64,000 nt of DNA from NCBI GenBank assembly GCA_029261035.1, contig JAJDCD010000012.1, positions 6,958 through 70,957 on the forward strand, in the 5' to 3' direction. The stretch is from Candidatus Omnitrophota bacterium. Its GTDB lineage: Bacteria; Omnitrophota; Omnitrophia; Omnitrophales; JACROU01. Both the position numbers and the translations under genes were made by a program. Of the stretch, positions 20,331-28,482 are shown piece by piece (the stretch's first letter is position 1; every line of letters starts with the position of its first letter). The notes beneath the pieces were generated by a model. The model did not search any database and had not been told where the DNA came from. It was given only the letters and a program-made list of their open reading frames with translations.

Positions 20331-23057
20331 CTACCAATCTTTAGCAACTTCTAGGTTCCTTGATTGCTCAGGAGGACGTCTAAGATATAACAAATCTTTC
20401 TCTGCTTCTTGTAAGGCATTTAGTATGCGCATAGCGCTATCTTTAGATATCTTACTTCCTTTTTGCTGATATCCACCCTGACCTATAGACTGCGGCAAAT
20501 TCTGCTCTCCTGGCTCACCTCCCCCACCTCCATTCATACCCTCTTCCAGTTCCTTTCTAAGCTCTTCTGTTGACTGTGGCCCCATAGAAGAACCTGCTCC
20601 TTCTTGCTCATTTTTCTCATCTAAAGTAGGGTCGTCTTCAGGGAATGGAATTGTTTCATCTTCTAAAGAATCTTCTTCTGGAGTTGGTATTTCAGCCTTC
20701 CCTTCTTCATCATCCTTCTCTTGATTAGAACCGTCTTTTTTCTCTTCATCTTCAGCCCCTTCACCCTCAGACTTCTTTTCCTCAGACTCTTCTTCGCCCT
20801 CATTTTTATCTGACTGATTCGACTCTGATTCCTCTCCCTTTTGCTGAGATTTTTCTTGTTCTTTTTGCTGCTGATTCCGTTGGTTGGTACCAGATTGAGA
20901 TTTTTGTTCCGACTGACTCTGTTGCCCATTCGACTGCTGGTCCTGGCTTTGAGATTGATTATTTTCTGAGTCTTCTCCCTGATCTTTCTCTTCTAACTTT
21001 TCTTGCTCTGATTTTTGTTCTTCTTCAGATTCACCTTTTTCTTTATCAGACTCCCCTTTACTTTCTTCTAATTCATTTTTGTCTTTGTCACTTTTCTCTT
21101 TACTGGATTGAGCGCTTTGATTATTGCTTTGTTGAGACTGCTCATTTTCATTTTGTTTCTCTTGCTCAGATTGCTGATTTTTAGATTGGGATTTCTGCTG
21201 CTCATTACCTTGCTCCTGAGAAGACTCAGACTGCTGTTGCTGATTTTCTTGACCTTCCCTGTTCTGCTGCTCTTGATTTTGCTGCTGAGATTGGCTTTGA
21301 GATTGTTGTGACTGTTGATCCTGGTTTTGTTGTTGTTGATTTTCTTGGCTTTGCTGCTGCTGAGACTGACTCTGGCTTTGTTGTGACTGTTGCTGTTGTG
21401 ATTGTTGATCCTGGTTTTGTTGTTGATCTTGCTGCTGACTCTGAGATTGCTGCTGAGATTGGCTTTGGTTCTGCTGGGACTGTTGTTGTTGATCTTGATT
21501 TTGCTGCTGATCCTGTTGCTGGTCTTTGTTTTGTTGGTCCTTTTGGTCTTTTTCTTTCTGTTGTTTTTCGTAATCTTCGTTTTCTTTCTTTTCCTCTGGA
21601 GACCTTCTCTCATCCTGCTCTTTTTCGTAATCTTCTTTTTTCTTTAACAAGAACTCTAAATTGTATTTAGCGTCTTTATCCTTCGGATTCAGGTCCAACA
21701 CTTTTTTATAAGCTGAGATAGCTTTATCAAAATTCCCTAAACGATATTGAGCATTTCCATAATTATACAAGCTTTTACCTATCAATTTTCCTTCTTCAGT
21801 CTTGTCTAAACCCTTTAGAGAAGTTTCAAAAGCGTTATTCGCTTCCTTAAATTGTTTTAACTGATACAAGGAACTCCCCATGTTATATAAAATTTTAGGG
21901 TTATCCTTATCTTTCTTAGCCGCTTCCCTATAAGTTTCCAAGGCTTGTCGGTACCTTTTTTCTTGGAAGAGTTCATTAGCCTTATTATTCAAAGCTGTTT
22001 TTGTTTCAATAAAACCCGTTAACATAGGGTACATAAGAAGTAAGAAAACAAAAGCTTTCATTTTTTTTCTATCCGTTAAAAGAAGTTCTGCTATAAACAG
22101 CAGAAAAGCCACAAAAAGAAAAAGTTGAAAATGATCTTCCTTCTCTGTAATTTCTCTTTCTTTAAAGGTTTTCTTTCCTAATCCTTGGATATGTTTGTAG
22201 ATAATATCTATTTCCTTTTCTCCAGGAGTTGAAGGAAAATATAGCCCCCCTGTTTCTTTCGCTATTTCCTCTAATTTAGAGCCATTTAATTTAGAGATGA
22301 CCACTTGCCCTAAACGATCCTTTTTAAAGCCTGTAATACTGTTTCTACCCCCTTTTAAGGGTATAGGGGCACCTTTTCTAGTCCCTACCCCCACGGAATA
22401 GATTCGAATATTGGATTCTTGCGCTTTTTTAACAATCCCCTCCAAACCTCCACTATGCTCTTCCCCATCCGAAAACACGATCATAGCCTTGTGCTTCCCC
22501 TTAGTATCAGGAAATGCTTTCAAGCCCGTCTTTAAGGCATTAGAAAGAGAAGATCCTGGGTCTGGAATATACCCAACCTTCACCGTATCTAAAAAGAGAT
22601 AAAAGGCTGAGTAATCAATCGTAAGAGGCGTTTGAAGAAAAGAGCTTCCGGCAAAGGCAACTAATGCAATTCTATCTCCTTTAATTCTACGAACAAAATT
22701 TCTGATTTCAAGTCTCGCTTTTTCAATTCGATTTGGTTTTATATCTTCAGCCAGCATGCTCAGTGAAGTATCTAACAAAAAGACAATATCCACTCCTTTC
22801 CTCTGAATTTTTCTTTTCTCCTCTCCCCATTGCGGTTGTGCTAAAGCTAAAATCAGAAAGAGAAAAGCCCCCAAAATTAGAGCGATTTTTATTTGAGCTT
22901 TCTTTTCTGAAGTAAATGGGGATAGTTTAGGAATTAATTTTAGAGAAGCAAATTGAGACAGAATACTTTCCTTTCGCTTCTTTCTCCAAAAAAAGAGTAA
23001 AGCAACTAAAGGAATTCCTAAAATAAAAAAAAGTATTGTTTCATTATAAAATTGCAT
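20331..23057 (-). CDS. BatB/BatC-like protein: TM + vWA + TPR + long Q/S/E/K low-complexity tail
   Basis: N-terminal TMs, vWA MIDAS motif (VDIVFLLDTSLSM), TPR repeats (...AISAYKKVLDLNPKD...), then ~330 aa of QQQSQ/EEK low complexity. It follows batA in the cluster. Confidence 0.65.
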   Translation of the reverse strand: MQFYNETILFFILGIPLVALLFFWRKKRKESILSQFASLKLIPKLSPFTSEKKAQIKIALILGAFLFLILALAQPQWGEEKRKIQRKGVDIVFLLDTSLSMLAEDIKPNRIEKARLEIRNFVRRIKGDRIALVAFAGSSFLQTPLTIDYSAFYLFLDTVKVGYIPDPGSSLSNALKTGLKAFPDTKGKHKAMIVFSDGEEHSGGLEGIVKKAQESNIRIYSVGVGTRKGAPIPLKGGRNSITGFKKDRLGQVVISKLNGSKLEEIAKETGGLYFPSTPGEKEIDIIYKHIQGLGKKTFKEREITEKEDHFQLFLFVAFLLFIAELLLTDRKKMKAFVFLLLMYPMLTGFIETKTALNNKANELFQEKRYRQALETYREAAKKDKDNPKILYNMGSSLYQLKQFKEANNAFETSLKGLDKTEEGKLIGKSLYNYGNAQYRLGNFDKAISAYKKVLDLNPKDKDAKYNLEFLLKKKEDYEKEQDERRSPEEKKENEDYEKQQKEKDQKDQQNKDQQQDQQQNQDQQQQSQQNQSQSQQQSQSQQQDQQQNQDQQSQQQQSQQSQSQSQQQQSQENQQQQNQDQQSQQSQSQSQQQNQEQQNREGQENQQQQSESSQEQGNEQQKSQSKNQQSEQEKQNENEQSQQSNNQSAQSSKEKSDKDKNELEESKGESDKEKGESEEEQKSEQEKLEEKDQGEDSENNQSQSQDQQSNGQQSQSEQKSQSGTNQRNQQQKEQEKSQQKGEESESNQSDKNEGEEESEEKKSEGEGAEDEEKKDGSNQEKDDEEGKAEIPTPEEDSLEDETIPFPEDDPTLDEKNEQEGAGSSMGPQSTEELRKELEEGMNGGGGGEPGEQNLPQSIGQGGYQQKGSKISKDSAMRILNALQEAEKDLLYLRRPPEQSRNLEVAKDW
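20420..21620 (-). repeat. Low-complexity coding repeat (CAG/CAA/GAA-rich) with near-identical ~30-nt units
   Basis: The plus-strand motif tgttgtgactgttgatcctggttttgttgttg recurs at ~21303 and ~21396. Encodes poly Q/S/N/E. Confidence 0.6.
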
Positions 23058-23072
23058 TCTTTATCACCTGTT

Positions 23073-24053
23073 TTAAGGAAGCTTTAAAAGAATCGTACTT
23101 CCTAACAATATTTCCAAAATCAAAAGCAGAATCGCTGGCCACAATAAATAAGGAAAGAGCTCGTTATAATTTGCATACTCCTTAACCTTAACTTCTGTTT
23201 TTTCTAATTCATCAATCTTTTTATAGATCTGTTCTAAACTACGCTCATCTCTTGCTCTAAAAAAAACTCCTCCTGTCATATCTGCTATTTGTTTTAACAT
23301 CTTTTCATCAATATCTACTTTTGCTTGAACATAACGTCTTCCGAAAAGAGGATCGTCCACAGGAAAAGGAACAAGACCTCCCCTGCCAATTCCAATAGTA
23401 TATATTTTAATGCCAAAACCTTTGGCTAGCTCAGCCGCCGTAACGGGATCAATGTTTCCAGAATTATTTTCACCGTCGGTAATTAATATGACAACCTTAC
23501 TTTTAGCATCGCTTTCCCTCAATCTATTGATTGCATTAGCTATAGAAAGGCCCACAGCTGTGCCATCTTTGATCATCCCAATCTTAACTTCGTCCATTAA
23601 AGAAACTAAAACATCATAATCTAATGTTAAAGGACATTGAGTGTAGCTTTGCCTTGCAAAAACAACTAAACCAATACGGTCATTCTTCCTTCCTTTTACA
23701 AATTTCTTAGCTTCTTCCTTTGCTACATAAAGACGGTTTTCAGGGGCAAAATCTTCAGCCTGCATTGAACCCGAAACATCCAGAGCTATAACAATATCAA
23801 TACCTTTTGTACTTAATTCTTTTTCACTTTCAATGGCCTGAGGACGAGATAAAGCGAGCACAATTAAAATCAACGTAATTATCCTCAACATCGAAAGAGC
23901 TCTTATAGGGTTCTGAGAACCGGCAATTTTAATCTTCTTGATCTCATTCAGAGTCGGAAACCTCAAACTACTACTTTTCTTTCGTATCGAAATAAAGTAC
24001 AAGAAAGGCAAAACGATTAAAAATATTAAAAATAAAGGCGATTCAAAATGCAT
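23073..24053 (-). CDS. BatA-like vWA-domain membrane protein
   Basis: N-terminal TMs (MHFESPLFLIFLIVLPFLYF), vWA MIDAS (DIVIALDVSGSM) and a C-terminal TM. Confidence 0.7.
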   Translation of the reverse strand: MHFESPLFLIFLIVLPFLYFISIRKKSSSLRFPTLNEIKKIKIAGSQNPIRALSMLRIITLILIVLALSRPQAIESEKELSTKGIDIVIALDVSGSMQAEDFAPENRLYVAKEEAKKFVKGRKNDRIGLVVFARQSYTQCPLTLDYDVLVSLMDEVKIGMIKDGTAVGLSIANAINRLRESDAKSKVVILITDGENNSGNIDPVTAAELAKGFGIKIYTIGIGRGGLVPFPVDDPLFGRRYVQAKVDIDEKMLKQIADMTGGVFFRARDERSLEQIYKKIDELEKTEVKVKEYANYNELFPYLLWPAILLLILEILLGSTILLKLP

Positions 24054-25036
24054 TATCCAATCTCCTTTTCATTAATAACTTTCATTTTTTCTTCCCCATC
24101 TTTTTCTAAAGGCTCAGCTTCTCTCTCATATGTGTTTTCAATGATTTTCCAGGCCATCTTAAAGTCTTTTTGTATTTCTTCTGTTTGAGGGGTGTGTTTT
24201 GCGTATTTAACCATTTCCAAGGAATTAAAATATTCCATAATTAAACGGACATCTTCCTCAGATAAATTTAATCTCTTTATAGATTTAAATATTTCTAATT
24301 TCGTTTCCTCGATAGCATTAAATTTATATCTTTTTGAGAGGTACAATTTAATCACTTCGGATAAACCATAGTAGTAAGCCTTATGTTCTCCTCTAACCAA
24401 CATCCCACTATCTTTTATTCGATTGAGTGACTGAAAGGCTGCTTCATGAATCTTTAAAGGGGGTGTCTTAAAACGATCTAGAAGGTGAGGGTTTTTCCTT
24501 AAGAAAAAGAAAAGAAATATAAGGAAGAGAAAAAAAACAGCTCCGAAAATTATAAAAAAGAACTTCCAAAATTGAGAAGGTATTTCTGTAACCCCTTTAA
24601 TCCCTCGTATATCCTTCTTAACGGCACCCTTTTTATCAATGGAATGTACCGTGATATATAGTTTATTTGTTTTAATCTCTTTTTCTTTTCCGTCAATATC
24701 CTTAAAGCGAAGAGTTATTGGATCGATTACGTATTCACCCAACGTATAACTTGTTATTTCATAAGTTTTACCTTCAATGACCTGAGCTCCTTCTTTTCGA
24801 GGGGTAATATCAAGGGAAGACTTTATTTCAAAATTTTTTAACTTTTTTTGATCTAAAGAACTTAAAATCTCAATTTGCGGGTTTCTTTTAATTTCAATTC
24901 GATATTCTACTTTATCTCCTACGGTAATAAATGCTTTATTCACCGAAGCTTTAACAGAAATATCACCCACATCTTGAGAGTAAATTAATGGAGTCATTAG
25001 GGAAAACAATATTAAAAATAAAATCGACCGTCTCAA
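24053..25036 (-). CDS. BatD/DUF4381-like membrane protein (signal peptide + extracellular domain + TM + cytoplasmic helical tail)
   Basis: Signal peptide, mid-protein TM (FFFIIFGAVFFLFLIFLFFFL). Genomic context between DUF58 and batA. Confidence 0.4.
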   Translation of the reverse strand: MRRSILFLILFSLMTPLIYSQDVGDISVKASVNKAFITVGDKVEYRIEIKRNPQIEILSSLDQKKLKNFEIKSSLDITPRKEGAQVIEGKTYEITSYTLGEYVIDPITLRFKDIDGKEKEIKTNKLYITVHSIDKKGAVKKDIRGIKGVTEIPSQFWKFFFIIFGAVFFLFLIFLFFFLRKNPHLLDRFKTPPLKIHEAAFQSLNRIKDSGMLVRGEHKAYYYGLSEVIKLYLSKRYKFNAIEETKLEIFKSIKRLNLSEEDVRLIMEYFNSLEMVKYAKHTPQTEEIQKDFKMAWKIIENTYEREAEPLEKDGEEKMKVINEKEIG

Positions 25037-25074
25037 ATTATATCCTCTTCCTCATATAAGCTAACTCTAACAAT

Positions 25075-25959
25075 CTACTGCCTTCTTTTGCGAGCGTCTC
25101 TTTCTTTGAAAAATTTCATCAATGGATCTACATAAGATTCAGTAATATCTATTTCTATCTTATCCAATCCCGTCTTCTTAAATAGCTCGTCTATTTGGTC
25201 TAGATTTGCTTGAGTTTTCATGCAAAATTGTTTTTGAAATTTTTTACTTTGTGTATTTACAATTACCTCATCCCCTGTCTCCAAATCCTCTAATGCGAGA
25301 TAACCTATCTTAGGAATATCTCTTTCTCTTGGATCAAAAAGATGGACCCCAATAATGTCATGCTCTTTCCCTAAAATTTTTAGAGGCTTTTCGTAGTTTG
25401 AGTCTATGAAATCTGAAATTAAAAAGATAACTGCTTTTCGGGTTAGCACCTTATGCATGTATTCCAACACCATAGAAAGATCGGTTTTGTTATACTTAGG
25501 TTCATATGAGAGAATTTCTCGGACTACACGCAAAGCATGTTTTCGACCCTTCTTAATAGGAATGTATTTCTCAACTTGATCTGTAAAAAATATAAGTCCC
25601 ACTTTGTCGTTATTCTTCACAGCTGAAAAAGCGAGAAGCGCTGTGATCTCTGCTGCTATTTCAGATTTAAGCTTTTCACCCGAACCAAAAAAACAAGAGT
25701 ATGAAGCGTCAACAACAAAAAAAACAGTAAGTTCCCGTTCTTCAACAAACTGTTTTATATAAGCAGTTTCACTTCGCGCTGTTACATTCCAATCAATAGA
25801 ACGGATATCATCGCCAGGGACATATTCTCTAACGTCTGAGAATTCAATCCCCTGCCCCTTAAAAACAGACTCATATTCTCCTCCAAACAAATCATTAACT
25901 AAACGATTTGTTTTTATTTCAATGAGTTTTACTTTGCTTAATAGTTCTTTTGGTAACAA
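25075..25959 (-). CDS. DUF58-family protein (vWA-like, MoxR partner)
   Basis: 294 aa with a DUF58-type vWA-like core (VFFVVDASYSCFFG...). Sits immediately downstream of moxR. Confidence 0.65.
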   Translation of the reverse strand: MLPKELLSKVKLIEIKTNRLVNDLFGGEYESVFKGQGIEFSDVREYVPGDDIRSIDWNVTARSETAYIKQFVEERELTVFFVVDASYSCFFGSGEKLKSEIAAEITALLAFSAVKNNDKVGLIFFTDQVEKYIPIKKGRKHALRVVREILSYEPKYNKTDLSMVLEYMHKVLTRKAVIFLISDFIDSNYEKPLKILGKEHDIIGVHLFDPRERDIPKIGYLALEDLETGDEVIVNTQSKKFQKQFCMKTQANLDQIDELFKKTGLDKIEIDITESYVDPLMKFFKERDARKRRQ

Positions 25960-26075
25960 TTTAAGCTCCTTAAGGGACTGTCACTCATCTCCATTCAAAA
26001 TTTTAGCAATTAAGTTCTTAAAGTAAATTAATTTATATTTTGCATCTTCACTTTTTTGGCCCTGCCCTTTACCTA

Positions 26076-26209
26076 GGGGACACGCACTTTTGCCACAATT
26101 GCTGTCGCAATGGTTACAAAAGTCCATGTCCCCAACTTCGAGCTGTGCTAATTTGGGGACATGGATTTTTGATACTGTTGCTTGCAACTGTGTCAAAAAT
26201 GCGTGTCCC
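26076..26209. repeat. 134-bp imperfect palindrome with nested hairpins, intergenic between moxR and the DUF58 gene
   Basis: Outer arms GGGGACACGCACTTTTG and CAAAAATGCGTGTCCCC (16/17). Inner hairpin CATGTCCCCAA-N16-TTGGGGACATG. The intervening segments are also partly complementary. Confidence 0.6.
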
Positions 26210-26231
26210 CTTCCTCAATATTAACCTTCTA

Positions 26232-27233
26232 CTACGGAACTTCTATTTGGTCGAATATTTTCTTAACAATATCTTCGGAAGTCATGTCTTCAGCTTCCGC
26301 CTCATACGTAATTAGGATACGGTGTCTTAGCACGTCCAATCCAATTTGCTTCACGTCTTCAGGTGTAACATAAGCTCTTCCTTTTAGAAAAGCATGAGCC
26401 TTTGAAGCTTTCGTTAACATAATACTTGCCCGAGGAGACCCTCCAACTGAGATTAAATTCTTTAATTCTTCCAATTTATATAATTCTGGATTACGCGTAG
26501 CAAAAACAATATCCAGAATATAATCTTTTATTTTTTCATCGATATAAATATCATTAACCAAACCTCTTAATCGAAGAATGTCTTTAGGATTAATCACTGC
26601 ATTTACATCAATTTCATCGCTTTTAGTAACTTTTTCAAGAATTAATTTTTCTTCTCTTTTATTGGGATAAGTAACGTTAAGTTTAAGCATAAATCGATCT
26701 ACTTGAGCTTCAGGTAGCGGATAGGTCCCCTCTTGCTCAATTGGATTTTGAGTTGCCAAAACTAAAAAAGGTTCTTCAAGCTTATATGTATTTTCACCAA
26801 TAGTAACTTGTCTTTCTTGCATCGCTTCCAGCAAAGCACTTTGCACTTTTGATGGAGCACGGTTAATTTCGTCAGCCAGAATGATATTGGAAAAAATAGG
26901 TCCCTTTTTAGTCGTAAAATTACCGTCTTTTGGGTTATAGACAAGAGTACCAATTAAATCTGCCGGCAAAAGATCTGGCGTAAACTGAATTCTTTGAAAT
27001 TTAGTGTCGATGGCTTGAGCCAAGGTATGAACAGATTTTGTTTTAGCAAGGCCCGGAAGACCTTCAATCAACACATGACCATTTGCCAAGATGCTGATAA
27101 GAAGTCTTTCTATCAGATACTCCTGCCCCACAATCACTTTATGAATCTCAGTGATGAGAGCTTCCACCAATTTGTGTTCATTTTTTACTTTTTCTGTAAT
27201 TTCTTTTATTACTGCTTCCATGACTACCTCCAT
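26232..27233 (-). CDS. MoxR-family AAA+ ATPase
   Basis: Walker A GLPGLAKT. MoxR-type length and C-terminal lid. Confidence 0.85.
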   Translation of the reverse strand: MEVVMEAVIKEITEKVKNEHKLVEALITEIHKVIVGQEYLIERLLISILANGHVLIEGLPGLAKTKSVHTLAQAIDTKFQRIQFTPDLLPADLIGTLVYNPKDGNFTTKKGPIFSNIILADEINRAPSKVQSALLEAMQERQVTIGENTYKLEEPFLVLATQNPIEQEGTYPLPEAQVDRFMLKLNVTYPNKREEKLILEKVTKSDEIDVNAVINPKDILRLRGLVNDIYIDEKIKDYILDIVFATRNPELYKLEELKNLISVGGSPRASIMLTKASKAHAFLKGRAYVTPEDVKQIGLDVLRHRILITYEAEAEDMTSEDIVKKIFDQIEVP

Positions 27234-27264
27234 ATTCTATAGTTATTACGAATGAAAATTCATT

Positions 27265-28164
27265 TTAGTTTCTTGGTTCAAACTCACCTTTGGGTTCGTT
27301 AACCAGTTTTGATTCAAAAAATCGTTCTGACAATCTTTTAACTTCAGTGCTTTGTGCATATGTTAATTTAGTTTGAGAGTACTTACAGGATTCTAATTTT
27401 AATATTATTTCTAATAAAATATTTTTATCTTCGTCTGTCAAAGATTCACAGGACTGTATGTTGTTTTCATCCAAAACAATTAACTGATAGGTGTCACTCA
27501 GATATTTACTTATTTTTTTGGACAACAATTCCATAAACTCTGAAAATTGTCCATCTTCAAGCAAGCTACCCAATCTATTAATTTCATTTAAAACCTCTTG
27601 CTCTATACTAGGTTTTGAATCTTCAATTATCTTCTTCTTTTTTTTCTGTTCTTTAATAAAAAAAACGAGCATCAAAAGAAAAACCACAATTCCAGCAGAG
27701 GTTATCCATTTCCAAGGAATAACTAAGGGTGGTTTTCTAATAGATACATTTTGACCTGGGACTTCAATTTGACTCATAGAGCTCTTCCCCGTCTCTATGT
27801 ATTGAATAGGAAAGGAAGGAATAGTCACTTTGCCAGCTCTTGCTGCAATAAGTGTGAAATTAAAAATTCTTCTTTGAATTAACCAACCATTTTCAGTTTG
27901 AGCAGATTCAGACGATACCCCTGTGTTTTCAATTGTAAAACCTTCTATTTCTAATACGGGTGGAATAAATTTGACCTGATCTTCATTTCCTAACCATTCG
28001 ATGGAAACCTCTAAAATAGCCTTAGAACCAATAGTTGGCTCTTCGTCTTGAAACGTTATACTCTTATTAATGGTTAAGGATATAGGAGAATCTTCTTGAG
28101 CATATAAAGCATTGGCGGGTAATACAAAAAGGACAAGAACTGTAAAAATATAAATCCATTTCAT
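27265..28164 (-). CDS. BatD-like membrane protein (paralogous architecture to 24053..25036)
   Basis: Signal peptide, extracellular domain, TM (ITSAGIVVFLLMLVFFI) and a cytoplasmic helical tail. First gene of the cluster. Confidence 0.4.
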   Translation of the reverse strand: MKWIYIFTVLVLFVLPANALYAQEDSPISLTINKSITFQDEEPTIGSKAILEVSIEWLGNEDQVKFIPPVLEIEGFTIENTGVSSESAQTENGWLIQRRIFNFTLIAARAGKVTIPSFPIQYIETGKSSMSQIEVPGQNVSIRKPPLVIPWKWITSAGIVVFLLMLVFFIKEQKKKKKIIEDSKPSIEQEVLNEINRLGSLLEDGQFSEFMELLSKKISKYLSDTYQLIVLDENNIQSCESLTDEDKNILLEIILKLESCKYSQTKLTYAQSTEVKRLSERFFESKLVNEPKGEFEPRN

Positions 28165-28219
28165 ATTTAAACACTTTACTGTTAATAGGTTAGTAAAATT
28201 ACTTCAAAAGAGAATCCTT

Positions 28220-28228
28220 ATTATAGCA
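28220..28228 (-). promoter_or_regulatory. Extended -10 (TGcTATAAT) sigma70-type promoter for the Bat/MoxR cluster
   Basis: Minus strand reads cTTGCTATAATaagg ~50 nt upstream of the ATG at 28164. Confidence 0.4.
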
Positions 28229-28384
28229 AGAAGGAATGAAGAGTAAAAGCAGGGATTTTTGGATCGGCACCAGATCTCAACACTTGGCACTGTTTCAGCT
28301 AATGCAAAATAGGGTTTTTCAATGGTTTAGAGGTTTGAGTGCCTGATCTTTAGACCTGACATTGTTGGGGCTTAAAGGTTTGTG

Positions 28385-28410
28385 TGTGCCAGACCTGAAG
28401 GCCTGGCACA
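28385..28410. promoter_or_regulatory. 26-bp palindrome TGTGCCAG-N10-CTGGCACA (candidate operator/UAS) within a GGCAC-motif cluster
   Basis: Perfect 8-bp arms with a partly palindromic centre CCTGAAGG. Further GGCAC/GTGCC copies at 28266, 28284, 28339 and 28424. Confidence 0.5.
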
Positions 28411-28482
28411 TTCGGTACGAAACTTGGTACACCCAACAAAAGTGATTGAGTTTGAATCAAACCTTTATTTTGAGATCAAACG

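Noticed and set aside
20420-21620. CRISPR array or tandem DNA repeat locus
   Set aside because: The repeats are imperfect, in frame, and coding within a vWA-TPR protein. There is no spacer-repeat periodicity and there are no cas genes.
20663-21670. Several antisense and alternative-frame ORFs (88, 181, 67, 120 and 81 aa) inside the BatB/C gene
   Set aside because: They lie entirely within the low-complexity CAG/CAA/GAA repeat region. They encode poly-L/poly-K/poly-R-type junk typical of repeat-induced open frames.
25981-26315. Small Cys-rich ORFs on both strands (71 aa minus, 91 aa plus) between moxR and the DUF58 gene
   Set aside because: They are mirror images produced by the 134-bp palindrome (the CNHCDSNCGKSAC and CHNCCRNGYKSPC stretches come from the same symmetric DNA). 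This makes them most likely translation artefacts of a structured element rather than genes.
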